DNA of 64,000 nucleotides from an uncultured delta proteobacterium (GTDB taxonomy: Bacteria > Desulfobacterota > Binatia > UBA9968): positions 480,001 to 544,000 of the forward strand of contig CAVSHR010000005.1 of the NCBI GenBank assembly GCA_963727625.1. The letters run 5' to 3'. Positions within the stretch are counted from its first letter, which is position 1, and every line of letters starts with the position of its first letter. Below, piece after piece: positions 1 to 10,282 of this stretch. Position numbers and translations under genes: made by a program. The notes beneath the pieces were generated by a model. That model worked only from the letters and a program-made list of their open reading frames with translations. It searched no databases and was not told the DNA's origin.

Positions 1-643
1 TACCGCATCCCGCGAGGCCGCGAATTCGTTGGACGCCTTCATACGTTTCGACCACCGCTGCGCTCTGCTGGCTGTCGAGGTTGGCTATCGAATCCTCCAG
101 TGTCTTGACCTTGGCGCCTCGCGAATACTGCTTGCGGAGTTCACGTTTCTTGCGTCCGCGGCGAAGTGTAGAAATCGCCTGAATCACTGAAACCAGCGCA
201 GAATAAAGGGCGGGGTTAAAGTCATCGAGTTCGTCGATAGTTGCAAGAAGGTTGTCAGCATTGCAAAGGAGATGGTCCTCGTCGCCGGTTGCATCGATTT
301 GGTTCACCGCAGGAGCAAAGGTGAGCGTGTGAATGTCGACCAAGAGTTTACGCTTCTGAATCAGATTCTGGTGTTGAAGGAGCTTCGCCTGTAACTTATT
401 GAAGCCCTCATCTTGGATTGCCGCGTAGTCCCGGAGGGTCTTGCCTTCAATAACACTAAACAATACGAGACCCTTTGACGGCGATACAAGCAGCGCGTCA
501 ATCGGAAACGATCCTTCCGGTGTTCCTATGATCGGATAGCCAATGTAGAGCGTACCTTCGAGGTCCGCGTCTTCGCTTAGGATCTCAGCAAGCCGCTTAC
601 TCGAAATCGGCTTGTCTGTGCTGCCCCATACTGTGTTAATCAT
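1..643 (-). CDS. N-terminal part of a NERD-like nuclease/superfamily I helicase (COG3972-like), truncated by the window edge
   Basis: Not in the ORF track. Manual translation from ATG 643 is open to position 1: MINTVWGSTDKP...YIGYPII...PIDALLVS...NLDSQQSAAVVETYEGVQRIRGLAGCG(K), ending in a Q motif and Walker A. Confidence 0.75.
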   Translation of the reverse strand, partial: MINTVWGSTDKPISSKRLAEILSEDADLEGTLYIGYPIIGTPEGSFPIDALLVSPSKGLVLFSVIEGKTLRDYAAIQDEGFNKLQAKLLQHQNLIQKRKLLVDIHTLTFAPAVNQIDATGDEDHLLCNADNLLATIDELDDFNPALYSALVSVIQAISTLRRGRKKRELRKQYSRGAKVKTLEDSIANLDSQQSAAVVETYEGVQRIRGLAGCG

Positions 644-1399
644 GGCATTGATCGGAGTGTTTCTTGATTTCCAGATTGCCACTCAAAAGTTGAGGAAGCA
701 ACGAGTCCCGCAGAGTGTTGGTCAAGTCCCACATTTTTACATTTTCTGCAAACACCACGACATGTACGCGATGATATTAACAATAGAAAAATAAAGAGAA
801 AAATAAAGGGACAGGCTACTTTTTCGATCCGCAACTCCTGAAACTTTGTCTCTCCGTACCCCACATTTAGTTTCTCAACGAATTAAATATAACCGAACCT
901 CTTGCTAGCTGTCCAATAAGAAATTCCTACATCAGGGGGGTGAGAAAAGGGGACGCGAACCTTTTACGTTTGCGTATCTGTTAATCCCACGACCTTCCAG
1001 GACAATCGCGGGGTTGAAGTGTGTATCTCAGTCCGAGCGCAACCATGATCTGAGTCGTCCAATTTTCCGAACCGTATGGCGTATCGCGGTTTACGCAACT
1101 CCACAGCGCTTCGACCTCGGCGCCAGTTTGTGAGAAGCAGTGGCGTCAGGCTTGCCTAAGTCTACTAACTCATATGTAGCGCGCGATAGACGGAAATCGA
1201 AGAAAATAATAACCACCTAAAAAATCAGACCGGAATTCCGGGAACACAATACTAATTTTTCTTGTCGGGACGAACTGACTGGGGTTGTGTCCGGATATCT
1301 AAACAATTGCCGATAACTAGCTTTTTTCTTTCGATTAGCTTCCGCGACGCCAGCGATAGAACTTCGATGACGACTCAAGTCGTGATACAAGGCGAAAAG

Positions 1400-1975
1400 A
1401 TGAAAGCTGTGATTCTCCGGCCGATTTATGCTTTCGTTCTTGCGGCGCAGTTGTTGTTTGTTGGTCCAAATGCAAGCATTGCGGCGGCGCCGCCCTGCCC
1501 GCTGCTGCTGAATCACAAGTTTTCCAACCTGATGGACGAGCCGGTTTCGCTCTGCCGGGTCGCTGGCAAAATCGTATTGATCATCAACACCGCGAGCGAG
1601 TGCGGCTATACGCCGCAGTACGACGGCCTGAAAAAACTCTATCGCCGCTACCGCGACAAAGGATTCGTCGTTCTAGGTTTTCCGGCCAACGATTTCGGCG
1701 GCCAGGAGCCGGGGACGAACAAAGAGATCAAGCAGTTCTGTGAGGTAAACTACGGCATCACCTTTCCAGTCTTCGCCAAGACCTCGGTGGCCGGCGCGAA
1801 GGCCAACCCGCTTTTTAAAGCGCTGTCGGCACAGACCGGCAAGCCGCCGCGCTAGAACTTTCACAAGTATCTACTCGACAAAAAGGGCCAGCCCGTCGCG
1901 GTTTTCGAAAGCGCCGTTGAGCCGGAGGATAAAAGAATCACGTCGCAGATCGAGAAGTTGATCGCGGCGCGGTAA
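1400..1975 (+). pseudogene. Secreted Cys-type glutathione peroxidase with in-frame TAG at 1853-1855
   Basis: Signal peptide, NTASECGYTPQY and GFPANDFGGQEPG motifs. The frame continues past the TAG as PPR*NFHKYLLDKKG to TAA at 1973-1975, so the WNF motif is broken. Confidence 0.85.
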
Positions 1976-1988
1976 TTCTATCGAGGCG

Positions 1989-2050
1989 TTGGAATAGTTC
2001 GAACAGAACTGCGGTTCCAGTCCTTCCAGGGGTTCCAAGCGTTCCAAACG
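1989..2050. repeat. Short intergenic (GTTCCA)n repeat between convergent genes
   Basis: gttccagtccttccaggggttccaagcgttccaaacg; the reverse complement reads TTGGAAC-like units, similar to the arrays at 22.5 and 22.8 kb. Confidence 0.5.
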
Positions 2051-2124
2051 CCGGAGTGCGGATAGCAGAACATGCCGTGTTTGCGGAACGTGCTCGTGCA
2101 CGTCGGTTATCCGATCACGATCTA

Positions 2125-2652
2125 TTACACGAGACCCGATATCCCCGCCAGCGCGCCGGCGGCGAGCAGCCATAGCGGGTTCAAGGACTTGCGCAGGACC
2201 ACGGCGGCGGTGAGCAGCGTGATCGCGTAGCCGCGCCAGTCGTGGTTCACCGCGCGCATCAAAATCGTTGCGCTCGCAAACATTAGCCCGATCGTAATCG
2301 GCGTCATACCGCGGCGGACGGCGCGGAAGATGCGAGCGTCGGGATAGCGCTCGTTCATGTGTCCGACGAACAGCGTGAGCGTGGTCGCCGGAATGAGCAG
2401 CGGGATCGTGGTCGCAGCCGCGCCTTTCCACCCAGCCAGGTGCCAGCCAATCAGCGTGACGTACATGACGTTGGGGCCGGGCGCCACCTGCGCCAAGCTG
2501 TAGAGTTCGGCAAACTGCGCGCTGGTCAACAAGTGGTGCACGTTTACCAAATAGCGGTGAATGCCCGGCAAGATCGTCGAGGGACCGCCAACAGCCACAA
2601 ACCAAAGGGCTAAAAAATGCAGAAACATGCCGCTCAGATCGACGCGTTCCAT
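2125..2652 (-). CDS. chrA: Short-chain chromate transporter (CHR family), subunit 2
   Basis: AVGGP and LAQVAPGPN motifs; hydrophobic; start MERVDL overlaps the upstream stop (TGATG). Confidence 0.9.
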   Translation of the reverse strand: MERVDLSGMFLHFLALWFVAVGGPSTILPGIHRYLVNVHHLLTSAQFAELYSLAQVAPGPNVMYVTLIGWHLAGWKGAAATTIPLLIPATTLTLFVGHMNERYPDARIFRAVRRGMTPITIGLMFASATILMRAVNHDWRGYAITLLTAAVVLRKSLNPLWLLAAGALAGISGLV

Positions 2653-3230
2653 CACTCGTTGTCTCTCCATGCCGCGAAGACAGCCAAGGGAGCGAGGGCC
2701 CCGAAGACCCACAAGAGCGGCCAACGCATGACGCCGACGCCGGCGAAAGCGAGAATGCCGAACAGCCACGGCCGCCAATATCGCGGCAGCACCATGGCTA
2801 ACTTGATCACCGTGGCGAGCAGCAGGCCCGCCGCAACGCTCGACATGCTCGCGAGCGCCTGCTGCACCTGCGGCAGCGCGCCGAAGTGCTGGTACAGCAC
2901 GCCCATGCCGATGACTACCAGGCATGGCCAGCCCAAATAGCCGGCGACCGACGCCGCGGCGCCCGTCCAACCGGAAAAACGATAGCCGACCATCACCGTA
3001 AGATTGAGCACGTTCGGGCCGGGCAGGAGCTGTCCGAGCGTCAACAAGTCGACAAACTCCCGGTCTGTGAGCCAGCGCTGTCGTTCCACCAGTCCACGCC
3101 GCGCCCAAAACAGCGCGCCTCCGAAGCTCGACAGGCTAATCCGGGAAAAGGTGAGAAACAGCGCGAACCGGGTGACATTTGGCTTGAGCGATTCGGTTTG
3201 TTCCATGGTTTCCAGCGAACTGTTACTCAT
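2652..3230 (-). CDS. chrA: Short-chain chromate transporter (CHR family), subunit 1
   Basis: SFGGA and GQLLPGPN motifs; typical CHR gene pair. Confidence 0.9.
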   Translation of the reverse strand: MSNSSLETMEQTESLKPNVTRFALFLTFSRISLSSFGGALFWARRGLVERQRWLTDREFVDLLTLGQLLPGPNVLNLTVMVGYRFSGWTGAAASVAGYLGWPCLVVIGMGVLYQHFGALPQVQQALASMSSVAAGLLLATVIKLAMVLPRYWRPWLFGILAFAGVGVMRWPLLWVFGALAPLAVFAAWRDNE

Positions 3231-3621
3231 AAAAGTAGTTTACCGTTCACGGTACCGTCCGCCGGTTTTTATCCTGGGCATCGTCGACGGACCTTGGGGC
3301 AGGATGCCCATCTCAAAGGGTTTTCTCTTAAACTTTTCGCTCCTAACGCGTCGAAGGGTCTCAAATAGACCGACGCGAATCAAGCGCTGCAGCGCTCCAG
3401 CCCAAATGTTTTCAATACATTGAACTCAATCGGCGGCTTGAACCGAAGGGTTCTCATGGCGCGACTGGAGACCCCGAGAAGTTACGGTGGGGATAATTCA
3501 AGATCCGGTGGCAAACTACAGGAATGGAACAGCGGAATCGAAACCTTGGCCGTTTGGAGTCCGAGATCGATGATTTGCCCGGTGCTAAAAGTGACAAAGG
3601 CTATCGCTCGAATGCTATCCT

Positions 3622-4212
3622 CTAACTGGCCCGGTCTTTCATAATTTTCAGGAGTTCTTCGAATGACGATTTTGCAATCACGCGATTGAACTGCGAGCGG
3701 TAGTTGTTAACCAAACTGACATTCTCCGCCACGACGTCGTAGATTCTCCACCTCCCATCGACTTTATGGACCCTGTAAGCAACGGAGTAGGTCTGACCAT
3801 TCTGATCGATGATGCGGGAATCAACCTGCGCGTAATCGCCATCGACGCTTTCCTTGCCATAAACCACCTGTTGCCCATCGTAGAGATCAATCTGATCCGC
3901 ATACGTCTTTTCGAGCAAAGCGGTAAAGGTGGAAACGAATTCCTTCCGCTGCTGCGAATTCAGGCGGCGCCAATTTGCCCCCAGCGAGCGCATGGCCATC
4001 GCCTGGAAATCGAATAACGGATATACGATCTGCCGCAATCGGTCGATGACTTGATCGCGTTGCTTCTGATCGTCGAGCTTGGCATTCTTCAAAATCTCCA
4101 TGCCTTGATTAACCGCTCCACGAATTGCCTCAGTCGGCTCGCCGGCGTTGGCAAATTTGCAACTGCAAACGACCATTAAAACCGCGACGATTAGTTTAGC
4201 CTTCAAATTCAT
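3622..4212 (-). CDS. mlaC: MlaC/Ttg2D-family periplasmic phospholipid-binding protein
   Basis: Signal peptide; FDFQAMAMRSLGANW and WRIYDVVAENVSLVNNYRSQF motifs. Confidence 0.85.
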   Translation of the reverse strand: MNLKAKLIVAVLMVVCSCKFANAGEPTEAIRGAVNQGMEILKNAKLDDQKQRDQVIDRLRQIVYPLFDFQAMAMRSLGANWRRLNSQQRKEFVSTFTALLEKTYADQIDLYDGQQVVYGKESVDGDYAQVDSRIIDQNGQTYSVAYRVHKVDGRWRIYDVVAENVSLVNNYRSQFNRVIAKSSFEELLKIMKDRAS

Positions 4213-4814
4213 GTGAGTACGATCCACTCCTCTAGTCATTTTTTCAGCCTAACGTAAACCTCACCGGAGTCAATAAAGCGTATGGGGCCAGTATTCCACG
4301 ACTTGCCTCCGGAACCCCGGCGCGGTCCGCCTTCGATAACTCGAAGATCTTTGTTAACCGACCACAGTTTGATCAATTTTACCGTTCTGGCGAGCGTCGC
4401 CGATGGTCATTCAGCAGGATGGTACATTGTCGGCGCTTCCCATGCCAGCCGGCAAGCCAATATTTTACCGGAGCCAATTCGGTGACACACCCGGACAACG
4501 CTTGGAAATCGGATGACTTACGATCCAGGCCGACACGAAATCCGCCGTTGGTAGAAGAGTGTATTTCTCCGCGCTCGGCGTGATTCGCGTCTTTGCGCGA
4601 GTCATCGCTCTCCGATTCCGAAAGCCACATTTCAACCGACAATTCTGGAAAGATTAGGCTGGTTTTCCGCAGCGAGCTGCGAGAAATTTGACCTATAAAG
4701 ATTCAACGAACCCAACGATCGATCGTCAAAAGCGCAAGCACTGATTGCCCCGGGCGCCAGGTCGGTGTAAAGAAACTTCGGGCGAAAAACGCAAAACTCA
4801 GGGAGGATTGAACG

Positions 4815-6002
4815 ATGAGCGGAGTTCGAGTGCTGGTTGGCACCCGCAAGGGTGCGTTCGTCCTTACGTCGGACGGGAAGCGCGAACGGTGGGACATCAG
4901 CGGCCCTCACTTTTCCGGCTGGGAGATCTATCATTTGAAAGGTTCGCCCGTTGATCCAAACCGGATCTATGCCTCGCAGTCGAGCGGCTGGTTTGGGCAA
5001 ATCATTCAACGCTCGGATGACGGCGGCAAAACGTGGCACCAACCCGGAACGCCAACGGGCGAACCGGCCAGCTCCGCGGAAGGCATGCGCAAGGGCGAGA
5101 GCAACAAGTTCGTTTACGACACCTCTCCTGAAACCGGCAAACCTCTCACTGCACACCAATGGTATGACGGCACACAGCACCCGTGGGAGTTCAAGCGCGT
5201 CTGGCATCTCGAACCATCCCTGACCGACCCGGACACAGTCTATGCCGGGGTCGAAGACGCAGCTTTGTTTTGCTCGAGGGACGGCGGGCAGACGTGGCAG
5301 GAACTCGCCGGGTTGCGCGGCCACGGCTCCGGCTCTTCGTGGGCGCCTGGCGCCGGGGGAATGTGCCTGCACACGATTATTCTCGATCAAAATAATCCAA
5401 ACCGAATTTTCATCGCGATCTCCTCCGCAGGCGCGTTTCGCACCGATGACGGCGGCAAAACTTGGCAGCCGATCAACCGCGGCCTGCATTCGCTTTATAT
5501 CCCGAATCCGACGGCCGAGGTCGGCCACTGCGTTCACCGCATCGCCATGCACCCGTCGCGTCCCGGCGTGCTGTTCATGCAGAAGCACTGGGACGTCATG
5601 CGCAGCGACGACGCCGGCGACTCGTGGCACGAGATCAGCGGCAACCTGCCGACCGACTTCGGCTTTTCGATCGAGGTTCACGCGCACGAGCCGGAAACGA
5701 TTTACGTCGTGCCGATCAAGAGCGACTCGGAGCACTTTCCGCCCGACGGCAAACTGCGCGTGTACCGCAGCCGCACAGGGGGCAACGACTGGGAGGCGCT
5801 CACCAAGGGCCTGCCGCAAAGCGACTGTTACGTCAACGTGTTGCGCGATGCCATGGCCGTCGACTCGCTCGATACGTGCGGCGTATACTTCGGTACCACG
5901 GGCGGCCAAGTGTACGCGTCCGCCGACGCCGGCGATAGCTGGAAGCCTATCGTCCGCGATCTTCCGGCCGTGGTGTCCGTCGAGGTCCAGACGTTGGTAT
6001 GA
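4815..6002 (+). CDS. BNR/Asp-box beta-propeller protein (exo-alpha-sialidase-like annotation class)
   Basis: Repeated SxDGGxTW Asp boxes; N-terminal [10 protein letters not shown]; no signal peptide. Confidence 0.9.
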   Translation: MSGVRVLVGTRKGAFVLTSDGKRERWDISGPHFSGWEIYHLKGSPVDPNRIYASQSSGWFGQIIQRSDDGGKTWHQPGTPTGEPASSAEGMRKGESNKFVYDTSPETGKPLTAHQWYDGTQHPWEFKRVWHLEPSLTDPDTVYAGVEDAALFCSRDGGQTWQELAGLRGHGSGSSWAPGAGGMCLHTIILDQNNPNRIFIAISSAGAFRTDDGGKTWQPINRGLHSLYIPNPTAEVGHCVHRIAMHPSRPGVLFMQKHWDVMRSDDAGDSWHEISGNLPTDFGFSIEVHAHEPETIYVVPIKSDSEHFPPDGKLRVYRSRTGGNDWEALTKGLPQSDCYVNVLRDAMAVDSLDTCGVYFGTTGGQVYASADAGDSWKPIVRDLPAVVSVEVQTLV

Positions 6003-6295
6003 TCCGCGTGACGCTCCCGCCCCATCTGCGCAAGCTCGCGCAAGTCGACGGCGACGTAGCGCTCGAAATCGAGGGCGAAGTCACGCAACGCTCGGTTCTC
6101 GACGCCCTCGAATTTCGCTATCCGATGTTACAAGGAACGATCCGCGACCACGTCACGCAAAGACGCCGCGCATTCGTGCGTTTCTTCGCGTGCGGGGAAG
6201 ATCTATCCCACCAACCGCCCGACGCGCCGCTGCCCGATTCCGTCGCGACTGGAGCACAGCCGTTTATGATTGTCGGCGCCATCGCCGGGGGCTAG
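5999..6295 (+). CDS. MoaD/ThiS-family ubiquitin-like protein
   Basis: 98 aa beta-grasp pattern (VTLPPHLR) ending in AIAGG; ATGA overlap with the propeller gene. Confidence 0.9.
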   Translation: MIRVTLPPHLRKLAQVDGDVALEIEGEVTQRSVLDALEFRYPMLQGTIRDHVTQRRRAFVRFFACGEDLSHQPPDAPLPDSVATGAQPFMIVGAIAGG

Positions 6296-6590
6296 GAATG
6301 GGAGCTCCGGTTAGGACCGAATGGAAATTGAATCGTGACATGGACAGCCATGATCCCAACCAAGACCACGACAAAGAGCCGTCCGAGCGAGCTGATCCGA
6401 ATCAAGCTGGAATTTTTCAAGCTCTTGGCAGCCGCCAACACCGCGCAGTTCAGCTTCGAGCTAAAGGGAATCAAACCTGCTCTGATTGAAACTTAGCAGG
6501 AGAAACCCGGCAGGGGAAAATCCAAATGACAGGGAGTATCCGGCGTTGTCGAGTGGAAACGGCGACGAGACGCCTTAAAGGGGGCCGCTC

Positions 6591-6986
6591 ATGAACATTG
6601 CGCTGTGGATCATTCAGGTACTGCTCGCGCTCCTCTTTCTGTTCACCGGTGGCACAAAGCTGGTTTTGCCGATCGAAGAAATGACCAAACAGATGCCGAT
6701 GATGCCGGGCTGGTTCCTGCGGTTCATCGCCATAGCCGAGGTGCTGGGCGCGCTCGGTTTGATCTTTCCGTGGCTTCTGCACATTCGCCCGGGGTTGACG
6801 CCGCTTGCCGCCGCCGGCCTGGTGATCATCATGATCGGTGCAACCCTGGTCACGTTGATCACCGGAGATATCGCAACGGCGCTGATGCCGTTTGCAGTGG
6901 GGATCCTTTGCGTGTTCGTCGCCTACGGCCGCCGGCGGCTGACGCGGCGGCGAGGGGAGATCAGTCCGAAGCACCCATCACTATGA
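6591..6986 (+). CDS. DoxX-family membrane protein
   Basis: LWIIQVLLALLFLFTGGTKL...AEVLGALGLI...LAAAGL; four TM segments. Confidence 0.88.
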   Translation: MNIALWIIQVLLALLFLFTGGTKLVLPIEEMTKQMPMMPGWFLRFIAIAEVLGALGLIFPWLLHIRPGLTPLAAAGLVIIMIGATLVTLITGDIATALMPFAVGILCVFVAYGRRRLTRRRGEISPKHPSL

Positions 6987-7180
6987 AGAACGTGAACAAG
7001 ATAGTTCTTGTCAGATGAAATCAGGTCGATTTTGCGGTTTTCCGTTGCCTGGCGAGATTTGCTTGAACTGCGATTTAAATCGCCCGCTGCCGATTCTCCG
7101 GACGAGTCGCCGTCAAGACTGGCCTGAGGTCGCTGCAAGGATCGCGCAAAATCGTTGCGCCGCTTGCTTGGAAGGTCTCT

Positions 7181-7891
7181 ATGTCTAAACGCGCCGGTTC
7201 GAATCGCAGATTTTTGCCGCACGGACTCGTGATTCTTTACGAGGACCGGGACATTCTCGTGGTGGATAAACCCGCGGGGCTGTTGACGATGGGAACCGAC
7301 TCCGAGAAAACCCGAACGGCTTATTTCTTTTTAACGGACTATGTTCGCAAGGGTTACAGTAAGTCGCGCGAGCGGATTTTCATCGTGCACCGCTTGGATA
7401 GAGAAACCTCGGGAATAGTCATCTTCGCCAAGAACATCGAGTCAAAGGTTCGGTTGCAGGAGCACTGGCAAGACACCGCGAAAAAATATTTCGCGGTCGT
7501 GCATGGTCAATGCGCAAAGACATCGGGGACAATCACGACTTACCTGGCGGAGAACAGAGCGCACAGGGTCTATTCGACCTCGGATAAGAAGCAAGGAAAA
7601 CTTTCGACCACGGGGTATCGGGTCCGCCGGCAAACTAAAGATTTCGCTTTGCTGGAACTCGATCTGGTGACCGGCCGCAAACACCAGATTCGCGTCCATC
7701 TGGCAGGGCTCGACCATCCGGTCGTCGGCGATCAGAAATACGGCAAAAAGGATCGCGGCCACATGCGCTTAGCGCTGCATGCGAGCTCGATTTCGTTCAA
7801 ACATCCCTTCCTCGGACGGCAGCTCACGTTCGAATCCCAAGTACCGGCCTATTTCAACCAGTTGGTCGGCAAGATTGAGCTCACGCGCTGA
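7181..7891 (+). CDS. RluA-family pseudouridine synthase
   Basis: VDKPAGLL, HRLDRETSG (catalytic Asp), TGRKHQIRVH and LHA motifs. Confidence 0.93.
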   Translation: MSKRAGSNRRFLPHGLVILYEDRDILVVDKPAGLLTMGTDSEKTRTAYFFLTDYVRKGYSKSRERIFIVHRLDRETSGIVIFAKNIESKVRLQEHWQDTAKKYFAVVHGQCAKTSGTITTYLAENRAHRVYSTSDKKQGKLSTTGYRVRRQTKDFALLELDLVTGRKHQIRVHLAGLDHPVVGDQKYGKKDRGHMRLALHASSISFKHPFLGRQLTFESQVPAYFNQLVGKIELTR

Positions 7892-7896
7892 GCCGA

Positions 7897-8100
7897 TTGG
7901 ATCGGCGACATCGGCACTTCAAGCGAGAGTTTGCCAATCGAGATCGGCTTGCAAATCTCGTGCTCGAACAAGAGATGCGGCGAAAAGTTGCGAGCGGACC
8001 GGAGGAGGCCAGAAGGACAGCGAGAAAATCCTACCAACGCTGGCGCGACTCGCCGTTCCGCCCATCGTTACATTTCAATGGATTGAACCGGAAGAACGTG
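7897..8100 (+). pseudogene. Possible degenerate remnant of a RelE/ParE-type toxin-antitoxin locus
   Basis: ARRTARKSYQRWRDSPFRPSLHF resembles the ARKAYxLWxxDPxHPSLHFK signature of ParE-like toxins; truncated immediately after it. Confidence 0.4.
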
Positions 8101-8647
8101 GCTGAGCCATTTGTCTTACGCCAAACGACCGGGGGTTTGGCAGTCTACAAGGCCGGCCTCAGTGACTCATCCCTTGAGTAAAGGGTAATTCCGGAACATG
8201 GCGCTTAATTGTATATATTAAGGATGGAGGGAGAACCGATCCGGTGATACTTGCGCAGATCGAATAGCACTTGTTGCCGTCCAACGAGATGACCGCATCA
8301 TTTACCGCGCTACTTGACATTGTTAGAACGCATGCTCGACCCTGCCTTTCTTTTACACAACACGAGTGCACCGTTCTTGCTTTGATTCCACTTGAGTCAA
8401 GTTCGCGCCAGGACTGAGCCGCCCACCCATCACGCGCAGTCCACATCCTTGTTCAGCATCTCACCAAAGCTTACGAACGGCTTACGCCGGTGGGATCTGC
8501 GAGCCGGGGGCTGGTTCTGTTTACGTACGGAAATGACCGGCGTGGGATTGCCGATGATTCAAGTTAAAATAGCAAACGTTAACAATGCGCCCAGAAGTAT
8601 AGCCGTCATATTCTAAATTGCCGGTACACAGTGCTCGTTTGTCCACC

Positions 8648-10282
8648 CTATGGCCTAAATCCCACGACGAGATGCGCTCGATGGGACTCGGGAAAAGCTT
8701 CTCCTTCGCACTTGAGCGTAACGATATACGTGCCCGCCGTTGGAATCGCTTCGGGCGGAATGGTCGCCTTGAGCTCATCCTTCGAGACGAAGCTCGTCGG
8801 CAGCGGCTCGCCGTTCAGCATCACGCGGTGGAATGGCCACATGCCCCCCGCCCCGCGTATTTTCAATACCGTGGGACCGGATCCCTCGATAAGAAAGAGC
8901 GGAGATATTTCCAAGTCCAGCGGCAAGCTCTGATAGGAATAGAATGACGGAATCGGATTCTTGTATTTTTTAAATCCGCTATCGATGACCTTGCCGTCCA
9001 TGACGACCATTTTGACGTTTTGCGTCATCCAGATGTCTTGCAGCGGGTCGCCCTCGACGATGGAGAGGTCCGCGACCTTACAGGCCTCTACACTGCCGTA
9101 CTCTTTGTCTTTGTTGAAAGTCTTAGCGACATTGAGCGTGGCGGCTTGGATCGCCTTCATCGGCGACACACCCGCCTCCACGTCCATCGCCAGCGCCTGA
9201 TGCATCAACAACGCCGCCATGCCGCGCGGCGGATCCGATCCTTCCTTGAGAATTCCGCCGGCCTGAACGAAACGCCGAATGAACTCTTGCGCTTTTTCAT
9301 AGCCGACTTTGGCTTGATCGAGCTGGGCGGGCGTGTAGCGCGTAAGCAGCTTGTCATAGGAGTTGTCGGTCACCGCGCGCACCGCAGGCGGTAGATCGGC
9401 ATTGGGATTGTTCAAAATTTGGTTTTCTCGTTCCCGAAAACGCGGAGCGTATGACGAAAGCGGCCGCAGCCATTTGGCAATCGTCGGAGTCCAAGAAATC
9501 TGATGATCCACCATCGCGCCAATGACCGCGTCGAAATTTTCGGTTTGATAATAGGCGCCGGCTAGCTCCTGATCGATCACGCCGCCGAGTCGATCAGCCG
9601 CGAGTTTACGCCTTGCCGGAGCATACGGAATAGAGCTGTAACCCACGGACCAGATATGCTCGACGGCGTCGACGCCGGCTTTGGCCGAGCCAACGACGTC
9701 CCAACTATGGGCGGCCATCGGCATGCCCAGCCGGTGCGCTTCATCGCACGCAACTTTCACGAGATCCATGGAAAGAAACTCGTTGACCTTGACAATGTCG
9801 CAGCCCAGGTCCCTTTTTCGCTGCACCGCTCTGCGTACTTCATCCGGCGTTGTGACGATGATATTGTCGCGCGCGGTGCGCGAGCCGAAGGCGTCGTGCC
9901 CGGTGCTGACGCCGCCGATCGCCCGGCCAGTCATCCAAATTCGCGGGCCGCGAATTTTTCCCAGCGCGGTGCCCTGCTTTTGCGCCAGAGTCCACGGCCC
10001 GTCCTGATACAGCTCAATATTGGCGCAGGTGGTGATTCCCAGATGGAGATAAAGCTCCCCGTGAAAATCCTCCAGGTGCCCATGACCGTCGATGAAGCCC
10101 GGCAGAACGGTCTTGCCCGTGACATCCAGCACCTCGGCGCCGGCGGGAATAGCGACTTCGCCGATCCTGCCGACCGCCTGAAATCTGCCTGTGTGGATCA
10201 CGATGACCGAATTTTCGATAGGCGGCCGGCCTGTGCCGTCGATCAGCTTGCCACCCTGCACAACGAGCGTTTGCTCCGCCAT
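8648..10282 (-). CDS. Metal-dependent amidohydrolase with C-terminal Ig-like (IPT/TIG-like) domain
   Basis: PGFIDGHGH, VKV, AHSW, EHIW and GSD ligands; KVADL; beta-rich tail ISP...TFVSKDELKATIP-like. Confidence 0.88.
   Translation of the reverse strand: MAEQTLVVQGGKLIDGTGRPPIENSVIVIHTGRFQAVGRIGEVAIPAGAEVLDVTGKTVLPGFIDGHGHLEDFHGELYLHLGITTCANIELYQDGPWTLAQKQGTALGKIRGPRIWMTGRAIGGVSTGHDAFGSRTARDNIIVTTPDEVRRAVQRKRDLGCDIVKVNEFLSMDLVKVACDEAHRLGMPMAAHSWDVVGSAKAGVDAVEHIWSVGYSSIPYAPARRKLAADRLGGVIDQELAGAYYQTENFDAVIGAMVDHQISWTPTIAKWLRPLSSYAPRFRERENQILNNPNADLPPAVRAVTDNSYDKLLTRYTPAQLDQAKVGYEKAQEFIRRFVQAGGILKEGSDPPRGMAALLMHQALAMDVEAGVSPMKAIQAATLNVAKTFNKDKEYGSVEACKVADLSIVEGDPLQDIWMTQNVKMVVMDGKVIDSGFKKYKNPIPSFYSYQSLPLDLEISPLFLIEGSGPTVLKIRGAGGMWPFHRVMLNGEPLPTSFVSKDELKATIPPEAIPTAGTYIVTLKCEGEAFPESHRAHLVVGFRP

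Noticed and set aside
1853-1855. Genome-wide TAG recoding or Sec/Pyl insertion in the peroxidase
   Set aside because: TAG is a true stop elsewhere (after the Ubl GG at 6293-6295 and after ferredoxin 2), and the position is a Trp site one base from TGG.
4632-6489. Long alternative ORFs 4632-5909 (-) and 5242-6489 (+)
   Set aside because: Shadow frames of the GC-rich propeller gene with no family motifs. The same applies to 24059-25120, 39737-40792 and similar antisense ORFs.
8430-8609. Minus-strand 60-codon frame MTAILLGALLTFAILT*IIGNP with internal TGA
   Set aside because: Could be a broken small membrane protein, but I recognise no family and see no clear RBS.
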